The position numbers and the translations under genes are program-made. Source: an uncultured bacterium (lineage in GTDB: Bacteria; Muiribacteriota; UBA6191; JACPRK01). Taken from it: 21,035 bases of DNA. The notes under the pieces were generated by a model. The model was not told where the DNA came from. It saw nothing but the letters and a program-made list of their open reading frames with translations, and searched no databases. The stretch's first letter is position 1; each line of letters opens with the position of its first letter. The DNA is taken from NCBI GenBank assembly GCA_964610245.1, contig CAZSVK010000032.1, forward strand, positions 1 through 21,035, in the 5' to 3' direction. Positions 1-6,573 of the stretch are shown here, in pieces.

Positions 1-35
1 TCGTCGACGGGGTTTTTCCTTTCCCCGAAAAGACA

Positions 36-74
36 GGGGTTAGGGGTTAGGGGTTGGGGGTTGGGGGTCAGGGG
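36..74 (+). repeat. G-rich heptamer tandem repeat (GGGGTTA/GGGGTTG)x5 plus a terminal GGGG; six G4-5 tracts separated by 2-3 nt loops, so G-quadruplex-capable and telomere-like
   Basis: Read directly from the sequence: ggggtta ggggtta ggggttg ggggttg ggggtca gggg at 36-74. It lies in a non-coding stretch downstream (minus sense) of the small membrane protein gene. Confidence 0.8.
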
Positions 75-130
75 CAAGACGGGTCTGACCCACCCTCGTG
101 CCCGAGAGCCTGGGTTGGCCGACGTTCGCC

Positions 131-164
131 GCCCGGGGCAGGTCCCCGACGGACCCGCCCCGGG
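131..164 (-). terminator. GC-rich nested stem-loop 3 nt after the stop of the 87-aa membrane protein gene; possible factor-independent terminator without a U-tract
   Basis: Inverted repeat gcccgggg (131-138) / ccccgggc (157-164) with an inner ggtcc/ggacc pair (141-145 / 151-155). No T-run follows on the minus-sense RNA, so the terminator call is tentative. Confidence 0.3.
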
Positions 165-166
165 CG

Positions 167-430
167 TCAGCGATCTTTGAACGTGAGCGGTGGGAACTCG
201 GGCGGCGGCGCCGCCGGCGATGACGGCGTCCCGCACAGGATGGCCAGGAAGAGCTTCCAGAGCCCGACTGCCGCGAGCCCGAAGACGCCGATCGCGATCA
301 TGATCAGCAGCATCCCCGGGCCGTCACTCGTCCAGTGGGCGTGATTGCCAACCATGATGAGCCCGACTGTGGCGGCCGTCGAGGCCAGGGCCAGAAGGCC
401 GACGAGGAAGAGCCCTGCGATACGCATCAT
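167..430 (-). CDS. small hypothetical membrane protein (87 aa, two predicted TM helices, Pro-rich C-terminus), last gene of the flotillin operon
   Basis: ORF runs from ATG ATG at 430 to TGA at 167-169. Two hydrophobic stretches (LFLVGLLALASTAATVGLIMV and MLLIMIAIGVFGLAAVGLWKLFLAIL). It is co-directional with and downstream of the flotillin gene. No clear RBS is visible. Confidence 0.5.
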   Translation of the reverse strand: MMRIAGLFLVGLLALASTAATVGLIMVGNHAHWTSDGPGMLLIMIAIGVFGLAAVGLWKLFLAILCGTPSSPAAPPPEFPPLTFKDR

Positions 431-521
431 GGTTCCGGGCTCTCTGGCTCAGGCCCGATCGGCACTCTCAAGGACTCCGACTCGCGAGCGTAGGCAAGAC
501 TCTCTCCAGTCATCGGGGGGT

Positions 522-544
522 CGAGGGGCGAACTTCGCCCCTCG
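522..544. promoter_or_regulatory. perfect 23-bp palindrome CGAGGGGCGAA-c-TTCGCCCCTCG in the flotillin/small-protein intergenic region; candidate protein-binding site or RNA hairpin
   Basis: Read directly: 11-bp arms around a single central base. It sits 58 nt downstream of the flotillin stop (TAA 606-608) and 92 nt upstream of the small ORF start (430). No U-tract follows on the minus-sense RNA. Confidence 0.55.
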
Positions 545-605
545 CGAGGGTTCGGGAGCAGCGCTCCCGACAGATTCCCTGTCTTCACGCTTCCACCACT
601 CCAGC

Positions 606-2591
606 TTACCGCTTCCTTCTCGACTCCACGACCGGCTCGGGCGCGGTCGGCGTCGGCGGTTCGGGCGCGGCCGTGGGGGCCGCCCCCTTCTCCTCCGCCG
701 GGCTGGCCGCGCTGGCGACCTTCGCGGCGAGCTCGGCCGCCGCCGAGACCACGCTGGCCAGCTTGCTCGAGGTCGCTGTCTCGGTGAGGAAACCCTCGAC
801 CGACTGCCGGATCGACATGCCCTGGCTGAACGACTCAGCCATGCGGCTGAAGGTGGTCGGGTCTCCGTAGATGGTGAAGTTGCCGCGGGAGAGCATCGTC
901 CCGATCGCCTGGGCCCGTGCGATCTCGACCTGGCCCTGGGTCTCGATCGCCTTCAGGCGCACCTGGAGATCGATGGCCGCCTTGCCATACATCTCCTGGA
1001 CCTCGAGTCGGCGGGACTCGACCTCGACCTTCTGGCGCTCGACCTCGACCAGCCGCTGCTGCACCGTGACGGTGACGCTCTGCTCGGCGGTGGCGCCTTC
1101 CGCCCGCTTCTTGGCCGCCTCGGCGTCCGCGTCGGCTCGCTTCTTCGTGGACTCGGCATCGGCTTCGGCCGATTTCATCCGGGCCTCGTACTCGGCCTGG
1201 GCGGCGGCCTTCTTCGCCTCGGCCTCCTTGAGCACGGTGTACGCCGCGGCGTCGGCTTTGCGCTGCTCGCGGACCAGGTCCTGATCGGCAGCCTTGGAGG
1301 CGGCGATGAGCTTCTGGTCGCCCTCGCGGTTGGCCTGGGCCTTGATCTTGACCGTCTCGATCTCCTGGGCGGCCTTCTCCCGCTCGGCCATCTTGAGCAG
1401 TTGTCCGGCCTCGGCCTCGGCGCGCTGTGTCTGGGCCTCGGCAATGGCCGTGAGCTTCTGCTGCTGCGCGGTCTCGATAGCCTTCTGTTTCTCGACCTCG
1501 GTCAGCTCGCGCTGTCTCTCGGCCTCGATGACCCGCTTCTGGGCCTCGACCATCGCCATCTCGATGGTGTTCTGCTTCTCGACGTCGGCCAGTTCGCGCT
1601 GGCGTTCGCTCGCCAGCACCTTCTGCTGGGCTTCGAGTTCGGCCGCCTTGATGGCGCGGCCTCGCTCGACCTCGCGGGCCTGCACGTACTGCTCCTGCTC
1701 GATCTGGGCCTGCTTCGACTCGGCCTCGCGCTGGGCCTGGATCTTCGCAATCTCCATCTGCTGGCCGGCCTCGGCCTCGGCCTGCTGCTGCTCGAGCTTG
1801 AGGATCTGCAGGCGCGTCTGGACGTTGCGCTCCTTCATCGCCTGCTGCGCGAACTGCTCCGACTCGTTGCGCTTCACCATCGCCTCGGTGGTGATCTCGG
1901 TGATGCGCTTGAGACCCTGGGCGTCGAAGACGTTGTCGGCCTTCAGGTTCTCAGGGGCGGTCTGGTCGAGCTTCGAGATGGTCACGGTCTCGAGCGTCAG
2001 GCCGTTGTGCTTGAGGTCGGGCTCGACCTGCTGCTTGACCTCGGCCGCGAACTCGTTGCGCCGCGTGTTCAGCTCTTCCAGAGTGCGGTTGGCGGCGACC
2101 GAGCGCAGGGCGCTGATCAGCTTGTCGTTGACCAGATTGGCGATCATCTCGGGCTGGTCGGCCAGGGGGCCGAGCGAGCGGGCCGCATTCTGGATGTCCT
2201 CTGCCTGAGGCATTACCCTGATGTAAAACTCGGCTTTCAGATCGGCGCGCAGCTTGTCGGCGGTGATGAGGGAATCGGGGCCCGAACGATCGACGTCGAG
2301 CCGTGTCGTGGTCAGCGGGACACGCACCAGCTCGTGCATCACGGGGATGATGAGCGCACCCCCGTCCAGGATGACCCACGTGCCGCCCCAGCCGGTGCGG
2401 ACGAACGCCTCGTTGGCGGCCGGCCGGACATAGAGCCGGGTCACCGTGGCCACGCTCACTCCGAGGGCGAGCAGCACCACGCCGAAGCCGCTGACGACCA
2501 CCTGGCTGGCCGTGCTGTTCATCACGGGGATCATGTACGGGCCGACGATCAGGACGATCGAGAAACCGATCCAGAGAGCCATCTTACCCAT
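606..2591 (-). CDS. yqiK: flotillin-like SPFH/Band-7 domain protein, YqiK type (661 aa): N-terminal TM helix, SPFH domain, long Glu/Ala/Gln-rich coiled coil with ERQREL-x-VEKQ repeats, Ala/Pro-rich C-tail
   Basis: ATG at 2591 and TAA at 606-608. The N-terminus MGKMALWIGFSIVLIVGPYMIPV is hydrophobic. The SPFH-like region (FVRTGWGGTWVILDGGALIIPVMHELVRVPLTTTRLDV...) matches the flotillin/YqiK pattern from memory. The coiled coil is highly repetitive. The gene sits 4 nt downstream of an NfeD-like gene, the yqiJK arrangement. Confidence 0.85.
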   Translation of the reverse strand: MGKMALWIGFSIVLIVGPYMIPVMNSTASQVVVSGFGVVLLALGVSVATVTRLYVRPAANEAFVRTGWGGTWVILDGGALIIPVMHELVRVPLTTTRLDVDRSGPDSLITADKLRADLKAEFYIRVMPQAEDIQNAARSLGPLADQPEMIANLVNDKLISALRSVAANRTLEELNTRRNEFAAEVKQQVEPDLKHNGLTLETVTISKLDQTAPENLKADNVFDAQGLKRITEITTEAMVKRNESEQFAQQAMKERNVQTRLQILKLEQQQAEAEAGQQMEIAKIQAQREAESKQAQIEQEQYVQAREVERGRAIKAAELEAQQKVLASERQRELADVEKQNTIEMAMVEAQKRVIEAERQRELTEVEKQKAIETAQQQKLTAIAEAQTQRAEAEAGQLLKMAEREKAAQEIETVKIKAQANREGDQKLIAASKAADQDLVREQRKADAAAYTVLKEAEAKKAAAQAEYEARMKSAEADAESTKKRADADAEAAKKRAEGATAEQSVTVTVQQRLVEVERQKVEVESRRLEVQEMYGKAAIDLQVRLKAIETQGQVEIARAQAIGTMLSRGNFTIYGDPTTFSRMAESFSQGMSIRQSVEGFLTETATSSKLASVVSAAAELAAKVASAASPAEEKGAAPTAAPEPPTPTAPEPVVESRRKR

Positions 2592-2595
2592 AGCG

Positions 2596-3597
2596 TTACC
2601 GGCCTTTCACCCTTCGCGCCCCGGGGTGCTTTCTGGCTTGCCGCCCGCGCGCTCGAGCATGCGCCGAAGCGGGTTCCGCCAGGGGCCGAGCATCCGGGTG
2701 CGCATCGATCGGCTCGGCCAGATAGAGGGACTGGGATTCGTCGTAGTCGAGGAAGAGGATCTTGCTTCCGAGTTCGAACTTCGTCCCCGGACTGCCGTGG
2801 ACGTGAACCTCGAGCAGGTTGTGGTTGGGATCGTAGACCTGCGCGTAGGCCCCGCCGTCGCTGAGCGTGCCGGTGATGGTGCCGGTCTGGCCCACGCAAT
2901 CGCAGCGCTGCAGCGCATAGGTTTCCATCCGGGGCAGCACTCGGGCGAACGTCCTGGCGAAGGTCCTGCTGATCGCGAGCCCTCCGCCCATCGCCAGGGC
3001 CATCGAGAGCCAGACGTACACGAGCGGGGGCAACAGCTGGCCGAGCAGGTGGTTGGACACCAGCCCGATGATCCCGAAGGAGAGGGACAGGACGACCAGG
3101 ACCAGCATCAGGGGGGCCCGGTCGGCTCCGGGCAATGCCAGGGCCCACTGCATCCACCCAGGCGAGTGGGCCTCGTCGGTGCCGTGACCCGGCTCCGCGT
3201 CGTGGGCGGTGGCGAGCGTCGCATCGTGCACGACGTCGCCAGACGCCTCGGCATCGTGGTCGACCTCGGCGTGCAGGTCGTGGTCCGCATCGGCGTCCAG
3301 GTCATGGTCGACCTCGACATGTACCTCGTTCCCGAGATCGACGTGTACCTCGTTCTCGATCGCGACATCCAGATCGTGGTCGACGTCGGCATGGAAGTCG
3401 TGGTCGACGTCGGCGTGCAGATCGTGGTCGACGTCGGCGTGCAGGTCATGACCGACCTCCGCATCGTGACCGGCCTCGGCGTCATGGTCGGTATCATGCC
3501 CCTCCGTGCCCGGACCGAGAGCGGCCATCATCGACAGCATGCACGCCGTCAGGACGGGCAGCTCGAAGATCAGGTTCCACCAGGCCAGCCACTCCAT
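2596..3597 (-). CDS. yqiJ: NfeD/YqiJ-like membrane protein (about 334 aa) with an inserted His/Asp-rich (LHADVDHD)n repeat region between the first TM segment and the C-terminal TM plus OB-fold (NfeD) domain
   Basis: The six-frame ORF runs to 4431, but everything upstream of the Met at 3597 is antisense to the epimerase gene. MEWLAWWNLIFELPVLTACMLSMMAALG is a TM segment. The C-terminal part (LMLVLVVLSLSFGIIGLV...CDCVGQTGTITGTLSDGGAYAQVYDPNHNLLEVHVHGSPGTKFELGSKILFLDYD) resembles the NfeD short-form beta-barrel. The stop TAA at 2596-2598 lies 4 nt before the flotillin start. An alternative start is the Met at 3627. Confidence 0.7.
   Translation of the reverse strand: MEWLAWWNLIFELPVLTACMLSMMAALGPGTEGHDTDHDAEAGHDAEVGHDLHADVDHDLHADVDHDFHADVDHDLDVAIENEVHVDLGNEVHVEVDHDLDADADHDLHAEVDHDAEASGDVVHDATLATAHDAEPGHGTDEAHSPGWMQWALALPGADRAPLMLVLVVLSLSFGIIGLVSNHLLGQLLPPLVYVWLSMALAMGGGLAISRTFARTFARVLPRMETYALQRCDCVGQTGTITGTLSDGGAYAQVYDPNHNLLEVHVHGSPGTKFELGSKILFLDYDESQSLYLAEPIDAHPDARPLAEPASAHARARGRQARKHPGARRVKGR
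3253..3492. repeat. intragenic tandem array of about ten 24-bp units (consensus atcgtggtcgacgtcggcgtgcag), inside the yqiJ-like gene; encodes (L/F)HADVDHD on the minus strand
   Basis: Units phase exactly at 24 bp from 3253. Units 3397-3420 and 3421-3444 differ only at their first base. Degenerate copies extend to about 3190 and 3500. Confidence 0.85.
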
Positions 3598-3676
3598 CTC
3601 AGAGGGGACCCTCGCCGGCCCTGGCATCGAACACGGGCGGTTCCACGGCCAGGCGGCGAGCTGAACCCGAGCGCAG

Positions 3677-3682
3677 TATATA
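3677..3682. promoter_or_regulatory. TATATA element in a 165-bp divergent intergenic region (yqiJ-like gene to the left, epimerase operon to the right); candidate -10 box
   Basis: It is the only AT-rich hexamer in this otherwise very GC-rich intergenic stretch, 81 nt upstream of the epimerase start and 80 nt upstream of the yqiJ-like start. No convincing -35 element is visible. Confidence 0.35.
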
Positions 3683-3719
3683 CCAGGACCTCGCCGGTCG
3701 GGCCTCGGGATGCTCCCGC

Positions 3720-3733
3720 CTGCGGTCCCGCAG
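3720..3733. promoter_or_regulatory. 14-bp palindrome CTGCGG-tc-CCGCAG 30 nt upstream of the epimerase start; candidate operator or 5'-UTR hairpin
   Basis: Read directly: 6-bp perfect inverted arms around a 2-nt spacer. Confidence 0.35.
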
Positions 3734-3762
3734 TGGCGCCGGGCAGCCTCAGTTGGTAGAGT

Positions 3763-4761
3763 TTGCGCGTGCAAGTCAGAGGCGGGCGCTTTGCGGTCAC
3801 CGGTGGGGCCGGATTCATCGGGAGCAACCTGGTCCGGGCGCTGCTGGCCGGCGGCGCGGCCAGGGTCGCGGTGCTCGACAACCTGGTCCGGGGCAGGGCC
3901 CGCCATCTGGAAGATCTTGCGGGCGACCGGCGCCTCGAACTGTTGCTCGGCGATCTTCGCGAGAGCTGGCCCGCGGAGGCGGTCGTGCGCGACTGCGACG
4001 CGGTCTATCACCTGGCCGCTCTGCGCATCCCTCGGTGTCAGGAACGGCCGGACGAGTGCCTGGACTCGATGGTTCGCGGCACCTATTCGCTCTTCGACGC
4101 CGCCGCCCGGCATGCCGTGAAGAAAGTGATCTACGCCAGTTCGGTGGCGGTCTACGGACAGCCGGCGCGCCTGCCGGTCGACGAAGAAGCCCCGGCGGCC
4201 CCGACGACTTTCTACGGCGCGGCCAAGGCGGCCGGCGAGGGATTGCTGAGGGCCTTCGGCGCGCGCGGCGCCTTTGGGTGGACCATCCTGAGGTGCTTCA
4301 ACGTGTACGGGCCTCGGATGGACCACGCCGGTCCGCACACCGAGGTCCTCGTCCGGTGGATGCGGGCCCTGCGGTGCGGCCAGCCTCCGAGGGTGTTCGG
4401 CGACGGAGAGACGACGCTCGACCTGGCGCACGTCGACGATGTCGTGACCGCCTACCTGGCGGCCCTGGCTCCCCGGGCGTCGGGGGGCATCTACAACATC
4501 GGCGCCGGTACCCAGGTCTCGCTGGCCTCCCTGGCCCGGATGCTGGCCGCTGCCGCGGGGAGCGGTCTCGAGCCCGAGTTCGCGGCGGCCCCTCCGGCGG
4601 CGCTCGCCCCTCGCATGGAGGCGTCCGTGGAACGGGCCCGTCGCGAGCTGGGGTTCGTGCCTCGTGTGCCCTTGAGCGATGGCCTTGCCTCGCTCTGGCG
4701 CTGGTTCTGCGAGGTCGACGCCCCTTCCGCCGACGCCCGGAACGCCGAGGTGGCGGAATGA
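3763..4761 (+). CDS. NAD-dependent epimerase/dehydratase, extended SDR family (332 aa); nucleotide-sugar 4-epimerase or decarboxylase type
   Basis: N-terminal Rossmann motif VTGGAGFIGSNLV and catalytic S...YGAAK (YxxxK) are present. The start is TTG at 3763 (alternative GTG at 3769). The stop TGA at 4759-4761 overlaps the next start as ATGA. Confidence 0.85.
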   Translation: MRVQVRGGRFAVTGGAGFIGSNLVRALLAGGAARVAVLDNLVRGRARHLEDLAGDRRLELLLGDLRESWPAEAVVRDCDAVYHLAALRIPRCQERPDECLDSMVRGTYSLFDAAARHAVKKVIYASSVAVYGQPARLPVDEEAPAAPTTFYGAAKAAGEGLLRAFGARGAFGWTILRCFNVYGPRMDHAGPHTEVLVRWMRALRCGQPPRVFGDGETTLDLAHVDDVVTAYLAALAPRASGGIYNIGAGTQVSLASLARMLAAAAGSGLEPEFAAAPPAALAPRMEASVERARRELGFVPRVPLSDGLASLWRWFCEVDAPSADARNAEVAE

Positions 4762-6566
4762 CCGCCATCCTGGGGCTGGGCTTCGGCATCGATTCGGCCG
4801 CGGCGCTGGTCGTGGACGGCCGCGTCGACTCCGCGGCCGCGCAGGAGCGGTTCGATCGCCGGAAGCACTCCCGGGCCTTTCCGATGGACGCGCTCAGGTT
4901 CTGTCTGGGCAGGGCCGGCCTCGACCCCGGCGCGCTCGAGCGGGTTGCGTTCTTCTGGAACCCGGGCGAGCACCTGCGAAACTTCGACTCCCGGCGGGGG
5001 ATGACCTACCGCGACCATCGCGAGTTCCTGGAACTGGTGCCCTCGCATCTGCTGGGCCTGGGGCCGGATCCCGGTCCGGCCGACGTGACCGAGCAGACCT
5101 TCCGCTTTGCCGGCGGGCGGAAGCTCACCATCCAGTATGTAGCGCACCACCTGTGCCACGCGGCCGCCGCCTTCTATCCGAGCGGCTACGACGAGGCGGC
5201 CATCCTGACCGCCGACGGCTACGGCGAGAGCACGAGCTTGCTGATGGCGCGCGGCCGCGACACGCGCATCGAATGTCTCGGCCAGGTGAGCTTTCCCAAC
5301 TCGCTGGGCGCCGTCTATGCTGCGGTGACCGAGCACCTGGGGTTTGCCCCCAACTGCGACGAGGGCAAGGTAATGGCCCTGGCCGCCTGCGCCGAGCCGG
5401 CCTTCTCCCGCGAGTTCGAGCAACTCCTGCGGCTGACCGACGAGGGCCGCTTCGAGGTCGACCTGTCGTACTTCTCGTTCTATCGCCCGGCCCGTTCTCG
5501 CTGTTCGGAAAAGTTTCAGGCGGCGTTCGGCCCCGCGAGGTCCCCTGGAGCGTCGCTCGAGAGGCGCCACGAACAGCTCGCGGCCAGCCTGCAGCAGCGC
5601 GTGGAACAGGCGCTCGTGCATGCCGCGCGGCACCTGCGCCGCGTCTCGGGCTGCCGGCGGTTGGTGATGGCCGGCGGGGTGGCCCTGAACACGGTGGCCA
5701 ACAGCCTCGTCCTGGCCGAGGCGGGGTTCGACGAGCTGTGGGTGTGCCCACCGGCGTCGGATGCCGGGGCGGCGATGGGGGCCGCCTTGTACGCGACCCA
5801 CGCGTTGGACGGAGCGCCGCGGGACGGCGCCGAGTACACCGACTTCCTCGGGCCCGACTACTCGGCCGACGAGGTCCGGGCGTTCCTGACGAGCGCCGGC
5901 GCCGCCTTCGAGGAGTGCCCGGAGCCCGCGCGCGAGGCCGCCCGCCGGCTGGCGGCGGGCGAGATCGTCGGCTGGTTCCAGGGCCGGATGGAGTACGGTC
6001 CCCGGGCGCTGGGAAACCGCTCGATTCTTGCCGATCCGCGCCAGGCCTCGATGAAGGACGTTGTGAACTCCCGCGTTAAACACCGCGAGCCGTTTCGCCC
6101 GTTCGCGCCGGCCTGCCCCGAGGAGTCCGCGCCGGCCTACTTCACGGGCGCGCACCCGTCGCCGTACATGATGAGGGTGTTCGGTTTCGCGCCGGGCTGG
6201 GGCGAACGCCTGGCGGCCGTCCGCCACGTCGACGGCACGGCGAGGCTGCAGACCGTGGCGGCCAGGCAGAACGCCAGCTTTCACAGCCTGCTGCTCGCGA
6301 TGGGCGAGGCGACCGGAACGCCGGTCCTCCTCAACACCTCGTTCAACGACGCGGGCGAGCCGATCGTGCGGACCCCGGCCGAGGCGCTCAAGTGCTTCTG
6401 CTCGACGGGGCTCGATTCGCTGTTCCTCGGGCCCTACCTGATTGCGAAACCTGCGGGCGAGCCGCCGCGGGGGGCGAGCGGGTGCAGGGCCGGAGCCCCT
6501 GCGTTCAATGATGACGGCGCAGCACGCGAAGCGGGCCAGCTCGCTCGGGCGCCCGGGCGGGAGTGA
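4758..6566 (+). CDS. carbamoyltransferase, NodU/CmcH/NovN family (602 aa)
   Basis: ATG at 4758 overlaps the upstream stop. The motifs GFGIDSAAALV and YVAHHLCHAAAAFYPSG match the family His-motif from memory. The C-terminal domain has GRMEYGPRALGNRSILADP, highly conserved in this family. The last ~35 aa form an extra tail. Confidence 0.9.
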   Translation: MTAILGLGFGIDSAAALVVDGRVDSAAAQERFDRRKHSRAFPMDALRFCLGRAGLDPGALERVAFFWNPGEHLRNFDSRRGMTYRDHREFLELVPSHLLGLGPDPGPADVTEQTFRFAGGRKLTIQYVAHHLCHAAAAFYPSGYDEAAILTADGYGESTSLLMARGRDTRIECLGQVSFPNSLGAVYAAVTEHLGFAPNCDEGKVMALAACAEPAFSREFEQLLRLTDEGRFEVDLSYFSFYRPARSRCSEKFQAAFGPARSPGASLERRHEQLAASLQQRVEQALVHAARHLRRVSGCRRLVMAGGVALNTVANSLVLAEAGFDELWVCPPASDAGAAMGAALYATHALDGAPRDGAEYTDFLGPDYSADEVRAFLTSAGAAFEECPEPAREAARRLAAGEIVGWFQGRMEYGPRALGNRSILADPRQASMKDVVNSRVKHREPFRPFAPACPEESAPAYFTGAHPSPYMMRVFGFAPGWGERLAAVRHVDGTARLQTVAARQNASFHSLLLAMGEATGTPVLLNTSFNDAGEPIVRTPAEALKCFCSTGLDSLFLGPYLIAKPAGEPPRGASGCRAGAPAFNDDGAAREAGQLARAPGRE

Positions 6567-6573
6567 AGCCGAC

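Noticed and set aside
4-9. GTCGAC (SalI) site at the very start of the window, as a possible cloning junction
   Set aside because: This hexamer is expected by chance many times in 70%-GC DNA, so it is not evidence of a vector boundary.
8-27. Short hairpin cgggg-N10-ccccg followed by T-rich loop bases, as a terminator
   Set aside because: The stem is only 5 bp, and the T-run lies in the loop rather than after the stem. The upstream context is outside the window.
345-2864. 839-aa plus-strand ORF
   Set aside because: It is antisense to the flotillin gene. The composition is Leu/Gly/Arg/Asp low-complexity with no motifs, the expected frame artefact opposite a GC-rich coiled-coil gene.
3209-3451. 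80-aa plus-strand ORF rich in Ser/Thr/Trp repeats
   Set aside because: It is the opposite-strand reading of the 24-bp tandem repeat inside the yqiJ-like gene, so the periodicity comes from the DNA repeat and not from an independent gene.
3598-4431. N-terminal 278-aa extension of the minus-strand 611-aa ORF
   Set aside because: It is antisense to the epimerase gene. The hydrophobic NfeD N-terminus begins at the Met at 3597.
3135-4757. Upstream 540-aa extension of the 1143-aa plus ORF (3135..6566)
   Set aside because: The extension is Arg/Pro/Gly-rich and overlaps the epimerase in another frame. The real carbamoyltransferase begins at ATG 4758, where the conserved N-terminal motif and the ATGA coupling are found.
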